A DNA stretch of 64,000 bases from Thermoleophilia bacterium (GTDB lineage Bacteria > Actinomycetota > Thermoleophilia > Gaiellales > JAICJC01), in the NCBI GenBank assembly GCA_025934255.1, contig JAICYJ010000001.1, forward strand, positions 44,425 through 108,424. Reading direction: 5' to 3'. Position 1 is the first letter of the stretch; the number at the start of each line of letters is the position of its first letter. Under the pieces are notes generated by a model that saw nothing but the letters and a program-made list of their open reading frames with translations, did no database searches and had not been told where the DNA came from. The translations under genes and the position numbers were made by a program. Below are positions 14,589-22,852 of the stretch, piece by piece.

Positions 14589-15707
14589 ATGCGAGTCCTG
14601 ATCACGGGTGGCGCCGGCTTCATCGGATCGCACCTGGCCGACGCCCTGCTGGCGCGCGGCCACGAGGTGCGGGCGCTCGACAACCTCGACCCCCAGGTGC
14701 ACCCGGCGGGCGAGCGGCCGGCCTACCTCGATCCCCAGATCGACCTGCGCGTGGGCGACGTTCGCGACCACGAGGCCGTGGCGGCCGCGCTCGAGGGCAT
14801 CGATCACGTCGTGCACTTCGCGGCTGCCGTCGGTGTCGGCCAGTCGATGTACGAGATCGAGCGCTACACGTCGATCAACTCGATCGGCGCGGCCGTGATG
14901 CTGGAGGAGATCTCGAAACGCCGCGACCAGCTGGCGCGGGTGCTGGTGGCCTCGTCGATGTCGATCTACGGCGAGGGCCGCTACCGCTGCGCCGAGCACG
15001 GGCTGCTGGCGCCGCAGGTGCGCAGCGACGAGCAGCTGGACGCGCGGCGGTGGGAGCTGGCCTGCCCGGACTGCGGCCGGCCGCTGGAGCCGCTGGCCAC
15101 CGGCGAGGACAAGCCGGTGCAGCCGATGTCGATCTACGCCGTGAATAAGCGCGACCACGAGGAGATGTTCCTGGCGATCGGCCGTGCCCACCGCCTGCCC
15201 ACGGTCGCCACGCGCTTCTTCAACGTCTACGGCGACCGCCAGGCCCTGTCCAACCCCTACACCGGTGTGGCCGCGATCTTCGGCGGCAGGCTGCTGAACG
15301 ACAACGCGCCGCTGGTGTTCGAGGACGGCCTCCAGAGCCGCGACTTCGTGCACGTCTCCGACATCGCCGCCGGCTGCGTGGCGGCGCTCGAGGGCGGCGG
15401 CGCCGACCATCGCGCCGTCAACCTGGGCACCGGCGTCTCCACCTCGGTGCTGGACGTCGCCCGCGAGCTGGCCTGCGGGCTGGGCAAGGAGCACCTGCAG
15501 CCCGAGGTCGTGAACAAGTTCCGCGCCGGTGACATCCGGCACTGCTTCTCGGACATCTCGCTGGCGCGGGAGACGCTTGGCTACGCGCCACGGGTCGAGT
15601 TCGCCGACGGCATGCGGGAGCTGCTGGGCTGGGTCGCGACGCAGCAGGCCACCGACTCGGTGGACGCCGCGGCCGACCGGCTGGCGGCCGCCGGCCTGAC
15701 CCGGTGA
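14589..15707 (+). CDS. NAD-dependent sugar-nucleotide epimerase/dehydratase (extended SDR)
   Basis: Contains MRVLITGGAGFIGSHL, the catalytic-pair region YAVNKRDHE, and FNVYG. Confidence 0.9.
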   Translation: MRVLITGGAGFIGSHLADALLARGHEVRALDNLDPQVHPAGERPAYLDPQIDLRVGDVRDHEAVAAALEGIDHVVHFAAAVGVGQSMYEIERYTSINSIGAAVMLEEISKRRDQLARVLVASSMSIYGEGRYRCAEHGLLAPQVRSDEQLDARRWELACPDCGRPLEPLATGEDKPVQPMSIYAVNKRDHEEMFLAIGRAHRLPTVATRFFNVYGDRQALSNPYTGVAAIFGGRLLNDNAPLVFEDGLQSRDFVHVSDIAAGCVAALEGGGADHRAVNLGTGVSTSVLDVARELACGLGKEHLQPEVVNKFRAGDIRHCFSDISLARETLGYAPRVEFADGMRELLGWVATQQATDSVDAAADRLAAAGLTR

Positions 15708-16678
15708 GCGGCACCCCCGCAATCACGATCTCGCTGGTCAACACGGACAACCGGGAGCTGCTGCTGGGCTGCCTGGCCTCGCTCGAGGGTGCCGCGCGCG
15801 ACACGGCCCTGCAGACGATCGTGATCGACAACGCCTCCCCCGACGGCAGCGCAGCCGCGGTGCGCGACGCGTACCCCGGCGTCGAGGTGGTCGAGCGGGA
15901 GCGGCGCCACGGCTTCGGCGCCAACCACAACGAGGCGATCCGAAGGGCGCAGGGCCGCTATGTGCTGATCCTGAACGAGGACACCGTCCTGCACGAGGGC
16001 ATGCTCGATCGCATGTGCCGGTTCATGGACCAGAACCCCGAGGTGGGCGCCTGCGGGCCGAAGATCCTGAACCCGGACGGCTCTCAGCAGCCGTCCGCCT
16101 TCCACTTCCCCACGCCCGGCCGGGTGGCGCTGACGGCCGTGACGCTGCAGCGGCGCGGCTGGATCCAGTCAGGCGGCGACCGCATCGCCCGCGTCGACTG
16201 GGTGTGCGGCGCCGCCATCCTCGCCCGCCGCGCGGCGCTGGCCGCCGTCGGCGGCTTCGACGAGCAGCTGTTCATCTACTCGGAGGATCCCGACCTGTGC
16301 CTGCGCCTGCGCGACGCCGGCTACGCGACGGCGTACTTCCCGCAGGCCTCGCTGGTGCACCTCGAGAACGCCAGCACCGGCGGGGTGCCGGAGCGGCGGA
16401 TCGCCGAGATGGAGCGCAGCCGCGCCGTCTACGCACGCAAGCACCACGGCGCCGCGGGCGAGCTGGCCGTGCGCGGCCTCACCGCGGCCACCTTCATGGC
16501 GCGTGCAGCGGCGGCGAAGGCGCTCCTGACCGTGCCCGGCGGCGAGCGGGTGAAGCGCGTCGATCCCGATGCGCCGGCCCGGTTCATGGCGCACGTTCGG
16601 GGCGCGATCCGTCCGCACGACGGCGAGGGCATCGCCGAGGCTGCGGCCGAGTTCAACGCGGAGCGCGCCGCCGGCTGA
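15704..16678 (+). CDS. Glycosyltransferase family 2
   Basis: Contains ISLVNTDNRELL, VIDNASPDGS, LILNEDTV (DxD-type) and FIYSEDPDLCLR. GTGA overlap with the epimerase at 15704-15707. Confidence 0.88.
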   Translation: MSGTPAITISLVNTDNRELLLGCLASLEGAARDTALQTIVIDNASPDGSAAAVRDAYPGVEVVERERRHGFGANHNEAIRRAQGRYVLILNEDTVLHEGMLDRMCRFMDQNPEVGACGPKILNPDGSQQPSAFHFPTPGRVALTAVTLQRRGWIQSGGDRIARVDWVCGAAILARRAALAAVGGFDEQLFIYSEDPDLCLRLRDAGYATAYFPQASLVHLENASTGGVPERRIAEMERSRAVYARKHHGAAGELAVRGLTAATFMARAAAAKALLTVPGGERVKRVDPDAPARFMAHVRGAIRPHDGEGIAEAAAEFNAERAAG

Positions 16679-16679
16679 G

Positions 16680-18200
16680 TCAGCCGGCCGTGTCGCGCAC
16701 GAACACGACGCCGTCCGCGTCGCCGTAGATGCGGTGCCAGCCCGGCAGCGTGCGCATGCGGTCGATCACGTTCTGCCGGTAGGCGGTCGAGAGCAGCACC
16801 TCGTCGTAGCCGTCCAGCACCCGCGACCACTGCGACCGCGAGCCGTTGCCGGCCACCCAGTCGGTATAGGCCAGCAGCTGGCGCTGGGAGTAGATCTCGT
16901 AGCGGGAGTCGAACCCGACGCGACCGGTCAGCTCCGGATGCGTCCACAACAGCGCCGATGCCGAGGTGTCGCCGGCCATGATCTTTGCCTGCCGGTGGGC
17001 GGCCGCCCAGGCCGCCGTCGCGTCCATGGCGGGGCGCGGTGACAGCGCCTCGAACCGCGCCGTGGCGGTGGTCGCCAGCAGCAGCGAGCTGCCCACCACT
17101 CCGATCACCGCCGCGGCCGGCACCACCCGCGCCGAGATGCGGCGGATCAGCGGCGACTCCGACGACGCGAACGTGCCGCTCATCACCTCGGCGATCAGCA
17201 GCGTGGCCGCGAACCCGAACCAGACCTGGTAGCGCACCGCGTGGATGCCGGCCACGGCCAGCGCGAAGGTCAGGCCGACCATGAACAGCGGCGGGCGGAA
17301 CCCGCGCCCGTAGGCGAAGCCCAGCAGGCCGATCGCCGCCAGCAGCACGATCACGAACTGGGTGCTAGGCCCGCCGAACGTGGCCGGGTGCCACTCGCCG
17401 ACGCGGGCGGTCAGCACCGGATTGTCGAGCACCGAGCGGTAGTAGTCGGCAATCGTCAGCCCGTAGGGCGTCGTCAGCAGCGCCAGCGGCATGCAGGCCG
17501 CGAGCCCCAGGTACGACGCCAGCGTGCGCTGCCGCACCGGGCGCAGGTTGTGCGCCGCCGCCCACACGCAGTAGATGACCACGATCGGGGCGGCCAGCAG
17601 CACCGAGCCGTGCAGGTTGGCCCACAGCAGGAACAGCAGCGGCAGCGCCAGCAGGCTGCGGCTGAAGCGATGCCGGCGGTCGTCCTCCAGCAGGATCACG
17701 ATCATCAGCACGAACAGCGGATAGGCGAAGCTCTGGGTGCGCATGACGGTGTTCAGCTCGCAGACGGCGTACGCCACCGCCACCCAGATCAGGGTGCGCA
17801 CGGTGGAGGTGCCGCGGTGCAGCATGTAGGCGGCCAGCATGCCGAAGGCGAGCGCGATGCTGAGCGCCGAGAGCGCGCCCACCGCAGGGTACCCGCCCAG
17901 GCGGTAGGCCTCGTAGTAGAGCCACTGGCCCAGCCACTGCTGGTCGATCCAGGGGCGCCCGTGCGCGGCCCAGGTCAGCACCTCGGTGTGGGGCACGCCG
18001 TGCTGGGCGATCTCACGCCCGGCCGCGAGGCTCGCGAACGTGTCCAGCATCAACAGCCGCGAGGTGGTGCAGGCGACGGCGGTGAACACGAGCGCGGCCA
18101 GCGACACGGCCCAGATCACCGATGACCCGGTCAGCCCGCGCGCGGCCGCAGCCGCTCGATCGCGGCCCGGGGCGCGGACGGCCTCGCTGAGAACCTGCAT
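16680..18200 (-). CDS. Large polytopic membrane protein, possibly a GT-C-type glycosyltransferase or polymerase
   Basis: 506 aa with at least 10 hydrophobic segments and a soluble C-terminal domain of about 120 aa. WIDQQWLGQWLYY loop motif. The function is inferred only from topology and the glycan-gene context. Confidence 0.7.
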   Translation of the reverse strand: MQVLSEAVRAPGRDRAAAAARGLTGSSVIWAVSLAALVFTAVACTTSRLLMLDTFASLAAGREIAQHGVPHTEVLTWAAHGRPWIDQQWLGQWLYYEAYRLGGYPAVGALSALSIALAFGMLAAYMLHRGTSTVRTLIWVAVAYAVCELNTVMRTQSFAYPLFVLMIVILLEDDRRHRFSRSLLALPLLFLLWANLHGSVLLAAPIVVIYCVWAAAHNLRPVRQRTLASYLGLAACMPLALLTTPYGLTIADYYRSVLDNPVLTARVGEWHPATFGGPSTQFVIVLLAAIGLLGFAYGRGFRPPLFMVGLTFALAVAGIHAVRYQVWFGFAATLLIAEVMSGTFASSESPLIRRISARVVPAAAVIGVVGSSLLLATTATARFEALSPRPAMDATAAWAAAHRQAKIMAGDTSASALLWTHPELTGRVGFDSRYEIYSQRQLLAYTDWVAGNGSRSQWSRVLDGYDEVLLSTAYRQNVIDRMRTLPGWHRIYGDADGVVFVRDTAG

Positions 18201-18233
18201 CGAGCCGGGTATCGGCAGAACCCGGCGCGAGTG

Positions 18234-19637
18234 TTAGACGGGCCGGTCGGCCACCACAAGCAGCGTCTCGAGCGTGGGATCGGAGCAGTACGCGACCCGC
18301 GTTCCGGCCGCGGCCTCGCGCTGCAGCGCCACCAGGATCTCCTCGGTGATCAGTTCGCCCGGCGCCAGCGCGGGGATGCCGGGCGGGTAGGGCGCCGCCG
18401 TCTCGGCCGCCACCCGGCCCACCGCGCGCCCGGCGGGGACGCGCTCGCGCGGCGCGAAGAAGGCCTCGCGCGGACTGATCGCGGCCACCGGCTGCAGCGA
18501 CCACACGCTGGAGGCGGCCAGCGGCCGGGCCGCGCCCCGCCGCAGCGCGATCGATCGCTCCAGCGCCTCCACCAGCCGTGCCACCGTGGCCGGCGTGTCC
18601 GCCAGCGTCACGATCGGCACCAGCGTGTCACGGTCGGCCATCTCCAGCCGCAGGCCGTCGGCCAGCAGGTCGGCCTCGACCTGGAACCCGTCGGCGCCGG
18701 TGCCGGCCAGCCCCAGCACCAGCTTTACCGGGTCGGATGCCTCGGAGACGTGCAGGCCGTCGATCCGGCGCAGCCGGGTGCGGGCATCGGCCACCAGCGC
18801 GATCGCCTGCTCCAGCAGCTGCTCGCCGCGGTCCTCGACCAGCTGGCGGGCGCGGTCGGTCGACGCCAGGATCGCCGCGGACGGGCTGGTCGTGTGCAGC
18901 AGCTCGAACGACTCCTCGACGCGGGCCAGGTCGAGCAGGCCGCCGCGGGCCAGCACCACCGAGCCCTGGGTGAAGGCCGTCAGCGTCTTGTGCGTCGAGG
19001 TGACCATGGCATCGGCGCCGCGGGCGATGGCGTGCGCAGGCAGCCCCGGGTGAAAGCCGAGGTGTGCGCCCCAGGCCTGGTCGACGATCAGCGGCACCGC
19101 GGCCTCGTGCACGGCGGCGGCGATCGCCTCCAGGTCGGACAGCATGCCCACGTAGCTGGGCTCGACCAGGAACAGCGCCCGCAGATCCGGGTGGTCGCGC
19201 AGCGCAGCGGCCACCGCGGCGGCCGGCACCTGCGTGGCAAGACCGGTCTGGGGATCGACGGCGGGCCGCACCCAGACCGGCTCCAGACCGGCCAGCACCA
19301 GCCCGCCGAACATCGATTTGTGCAGCGTCCGGGCGACGGCCACGCGCTCGCCCGGCCGCGCCGCCGCCAGCGCCAGCGACTGGTTGCCGTGCGTCGATCC
19401 GGCCACCGAGAACCGGCACAGGTCGGCGCCCCACAGCCGTGCCGCCAGGCGCTCCGCCCTGCCCAGCACGTCGCCGCTCAGGCGCGAGTCGTCGGCGCCC
19501 GAGACCAGCGGCAGGTCGAGCATCAGCAGCGGGTCGGCGACGCCGGGTGCGCGCTTGTGCCCGGGCACGGTGAAGGTGGTGCCGGAGTCGGCCAGGAACG
19601 CGTCGACCGCGTCCGCCAGTGGGGCGTCCGATGGCAT
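18234..19637 (-). CDS. PLP-dependent Orn/Lys/Arg decarboxylase family protein
   Basis: Contains FTVPGHKR, GSTHGNQS and AMVTSTHKTLTAFTQGS (PLP lysine motif), plus a C-terminal AAPYPPGIP region typical of the OKR_DC_1 family. Confidence 0.85.
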   Translation of the reverse strand: MPSDAPLADAVDAFLADSGTTFTVPGHKRAPGVADPLLMLDLPLVSGADDSRLSGDVLGRAERLAARLWGADLCRFSVAGSTHGNQSLALAAARPGERVAVARTLHKSMFGGLVLAGLEPVWVRPAVDPQTGLATQVPAAAVAAALRDHPDLRALFLVEPSYVGMLSDLEAIAAAVHEAAVPLIVDQAWGAHLGFHPGLPAHAIARGADAMVTSTHKTLTAFTQGSVVLARGGLLDLARVEESFELLHTTSPSAAILASTDRARQLVEDRGEQLLEQAIALVADARTRLRRIDGLHVSEASDPVKLVLGLAGTGADGFQVEADLLADGLRLEMADRDTLVPIVTLADTPATVARLVEALERSIALRRGAARPLAASSVWSLQPVAAISPREAFFAPRERVPAGRAVGRVAAETAAPYPPGIPALAPGELITEEILVALQREAAAGTRVAYCSDPTLETLLVVADRPV

Positions 19638-19664
19638 CGGCGCGGGAGGATACCGGCAGGCGGG

Positions 19665-20336
19665 TCAGGCCGAGCGGCGGAAGCGCTGGTCGACGGTGCC
19701 GGTGTGAGGCGCCTCCGCCGTCAGCGCCGAGATGAGGCGGCGATCGTCGTCGGTGATATGCAGGATCTCGCATCCCACCCGCTGGCGGCCGTAGTGCGAG
19801 GGGGAGGTCTGCAGGGCGCGCGCCTGCAGGCGCAGCAGCTGCCCGCGGATGGTCACCATCATGGCGAAGAAGTCGCCGGTGTGGAAGCTGCGGTCGGTGA
19901 CGAAGGCGACGCCGGTCGCCGACAGGTCGGCCAGGCGCACGTCGAACTCCTCGCCCTCTCCGATCCTGCGTGCGCCCAGCACATGCATCAGCGCCAGCTC
20001 CTCGACGGCGGCGCGCGGCGTGGTGCGCTCGCTCTCGCGCCGCAGCACGTCCAGCACCAGCAGCCGCACGCCGATCGTCGACTCCGTCTGGTGCAGGGTT
20101 TCGGCCACGGTCAGCGAGATGTCGTAGCCGCCGCCGCTGATCTCGTTCGTGCGCACCAGCAGGTCGAGATGGTCGCGCACCTGCGGCCGCGGCGCGTCGG
20201 CAAGGATGTAGACCCCGTCCTGCGACTGCAGCTCAAGCAGCACCACGCCGCCGCGGGCGGTGAACGCCTCGACCTTCGGCGTGGGTAGCTGCGACAGGAT
20301 GCTGACGGCCAGGTCGGCGAGCTTTGTGTCGTTCAT
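19665..20336 (-). CDS. PilZ domain protein (putative c-di-GMP receptor)
   Basis: LRRESERTTPR (RxxxR) followed by VRLADLSATGVAFV (DxSxxG) gives the two-part PilZ signature. An N-terminal domain of about 90 aa has unknown function. Confidence 0.75.
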   Translation of the reverse strand: MNDTKLADLAVSILSQLPTPKVEAFTARGGVVLLELQSQDGVYILADAPRPQVRDHLDLLVRTNEISGGGYDISLTVAETLHQTESTIGVRLLVLDVLRRESERTTPRAAVEELALMHVLGARRIGEGEEFDVRLADLSATGVAFVTDRSFHTGDFFAMMVTIRGQLLRLQARALQTSPSHYGRQRVGCEILHITDDDRRLISALTAEAPHTGTVDQRFRRSA

Positions 20337-20443
20337 CTGAGCTGACTCCGGATCATTCTGTGATTCGTCATCGGCGAAAACCGCGCGAGGCTTAGCGATA
20401 TAGACGGAGTCGGCGCATCCCGCCGGCCACAGAGGTGGTTCCT

Positions 20444-22852
20444 TCAGCCGGTGATCGTGAACGCGTAGACGTGGCGGCTGTTGTCACTCGCGTACAGCCT
20501 GCCGTCGGGTCCGAACGCGAGGTAGTTGCTGCCGTCCATGGTGTAGCCGGCGGGCAATGTGGCGGTCGTTGCAACCACCTGGCAGGTGCCGGAGACCGGA
20601 TCCCAGCGCACGATGCGCTTGTTGCCGACGTCGCCGATGTAGAGCCAGGCGCGGGCCGGATCCCAGGTGATGCCCCACGGCTGCGACAACAGCGTGCCGC
20701 CACAGTTCGGCTTCGTGGTGGTGGCCGTGTTGTTCGACAGGTTCCAGACGCTGATCCGGTTGGCGCCGGTGTCGATGACGTACGCCGTGTTTCCGTTGGA
20801 GGAGACGGCCACGCCGCGCGGCACCTTCATCTGGTTCGCAGCCGTTCCGCACGTACCCAGGCTCTCCAGCAGCGTGCCGGCGGGTGCATTGGCGATGCTG
20901 TCCGCCGTCAGCAGCTTGGCCTCGTCGAACACCTGCAGGCGGCAGCCGCCCACGTCGGTGGCGTAGACCTTGCCGCCCTCGACGTCGATGCCCTGGACGC
21001 CGCCTGAGAACTGGCCGTTGCCCTTTCCCTGGGAGCCGTAGCGGTGCACGAACGAGCCGTCCTGATTGAAGGCCAGCACGTCGTTGTTGTTGTCACCCAC
21101 CCAGATCCGGCCGTCGTCGCCCACCGTCAGCGTGCGCGGATACCCGAATCCCTGTGACTTGGGCGCATTGGGTGCCCGTGAGCCCCACTGCAGCTCCCAG
21201 GCGGGGCAGTTACCGACCGAGCCGCAGGTCTTGGTGGTGTCGAACTTCTGCACGCGCTGCTCGAACGTGTCGATCACATACAGGTTGCCGCTGGGGTCAA
21301 GCCCGATCCCGTTCTGCTGGTTGAACCCGCCCTCCGGCGGAGGTTGCGGGCCGGTCGCCCACGGCAAGCGGGTCGCTCCGGCGCAGGTGGTCTGGGCGGT
21401 GCCGCCGTTTGCGACGTTGCACGATGGGAAGGCCGAGATGTTGCCGGGTGCGAACTTCTCGACGCCGTAGCCGTAGGGCGTACCGTTGCAGGACGCGTCG
21501 CAGCCCCAGGTCTCACCGACGTAGACGTTGCCCTGGCCATCCACCGCCGGGAAGCGGATCGAGTCGAACGGCTGGTGGCCGGTGGCGTAGTTGGTGCCGT
21601 CGATGTTGCGCCACTCGTTCACGAACTTGCCGACCACGCTCGAGGGCCCCGTGCCGGCCGCGACCTTGGCCGGGTCATACGAGAACTCGTAGACCCGGTT
21701 CCAGTAGGCGCCGACGGTGTAGATCAGGTGGTTGACCGGGTCGATGTCGATGCCGCGCACGTCGTTCTCGTCGCTCTGGGGGCCGATCACGCCGATGATC
21801 TTCCGGGTCGTCGCGCTGAACACGAAGATCTTGCGAGAGTTGAACTCGGCCACGTAGATGTTGCCGGCCGCGTCCTCCGCCACGCCACGCGGGATCGGTG
21901 TGGCCACACCCGAGCCGGTCCAGTCCAGCGATCCCTGGAACGCCCCGCTGTGGTCGAAGATGTAGACCGCACGGCAGTTGGGGTCGGAAACGTAGATCAG
22001 GTGCGACGGCTGCACCGTGTCGACCAGGATGTGCGTGGGGATGTGCATCTGACCGCCGCCGCAGCCATACGGGTAGTTGTGCCCCGGGTGTTGCGCATCG
22101 GCACCGCTTGCCTGGCCCGCGTTGAGGGGGCCGATCGTCTGCAGCCACTTGCCGTTGTGGTCGAACTCGACGATCCGCGAGCTGCCCTGGTCGGCCACCC
22201 ACAGCGCCGCCTTGCCGCTCGAGTCGAGATCGGTGGGATCGGCCTCGACGTCGTAGGGCGCGGTGATGCCGCCGCTCATGCCGCCCAGCGCGTGCTGGGA
22301 GACCGAGCCGATCAGGTTGCCGTTGGTGTCGTAGCGCCAGACCCGGTAGTTCCAGTAGTCGCCGACCAGGATCGTGTTATCGGTCGAGTCCCAGTCCATG
22401 CCGTAGGCGTACAGCCCGGCCGATCCGCTGAAGCCGTAGACGCCGGAGTACGTGGCCGGCCCGCCGCCGCTTCCCGCGCCCGGGTAGTCGACCGAAAGCG
22501 TGTAGGCCGCGGATCCGCTGAGCGCCTTGACGCCCAGCTTCCAGGTACCCGCCGTCGGCGCGTCGAAGCTCATCGTCTTGGGCTTGCCCGCGGTGGGGCT
22601 CTGCCAGACCAGGGCGCCGGTCGGGTCGTACAGGAACAGCCGCAGGTTGGCGGAAGCGTTGTCCCAATCGAGCGTGGCGGTGATGGTGCCGGCCGCGCCG
22701 ATCGTGATCTTGTGCGACTTGAAGGCGGTGCCGGCCTGGTCCACGGTGCCGTTCAGGATGGTCGTGTCGCCCTGCGCGCTCGACGCCGCAACCAGCGTCG
22801 AGCACACCACCAGCGCCAGCAGCGTGACCCCTGTGCGGATAGTCCTAGTCAT
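20444..22852 (-). CDS. Secreted protein: signal peptide, PPC (pre-peptidase C-terminal-type) domain, and a long NHL-repeat beta-propeller region
   Basis: Signal peptide: TGVTLLALVVCSTLVAASSAQG. PPC pattern: ATLDWDNASANLRLFLYDPTGALV...GTWKLGVKALSGSAAYTLSV. Many repeats of the NHL type (P.GIAVD..GN.YV.D..N.R...F). Confidence 0.85.
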   Translation of the reverse strand: MTRTIRTGVTLLALVVCSTLVAASSAQGDTTILNGTVDQAGTAFKSHKITIGAAGTITATLDWDNASANLRLFLYDPTGALVWQSPTAGKPKTMSFDAPTAGTWKLGVKALSGSAAYTLSVDYPGAGSGGGPATYSGVYGFSGSAGLYAYGMDWDSTDNTILVGDYWNYRVWRYDTNGNLIGSVSQHALGGMSGGITAPYDVEADPTDLDSSGKAALWVADQGSSRIVEFDHNGKWLQTIGPLNAGQASGADAQHPGHNYPYGCGGGQMHIPTHILVDTVQPSHLIYVSDPNCRAVYIFDHSGAFQGSLDWTGSGVATPIPRGVAEDAAGNIYVAEFNSRKIFVFSATTRKIIGVIGPQSDENDVRGIDIDPVNHLIYTVGAYWNRVYEFSYDPAKVAAGTGPSSVVGKFVNEWRNIDGTNYATGHQPFDSIRFPAVDGQGNVYVGETWGCDASCNGTPYGYGVEKFAPGNISAFPSCNVANGGTAQTTCAGATRLPWATGPQPPPEGGFNQQNGIGLDPSGNLYVIDTFEQRVQKFDTTKTCGSVGNCPAWELQWGSRAPNAPKSQGFGYPRTLTVGDDGRIWVGDNNNDVLAFNQDGSFVHRYGSQGKGNGQFSGGVQGIDVEGGKVYATDVGGCRLQVFDEAKLLTADSIANAPAGTLLESLGTCGTAANQMKVPRGVAVSSNGNTAYVIDTGANRISVWNLSNNTATTTKPNCGGTLLSQPWGITWDPARAWLYIGDVGNKRIVRWDPVSGTCQVVATTATLPAGYTMDGSNYLAFGPDGRLYASDNSRHVYAFTITG

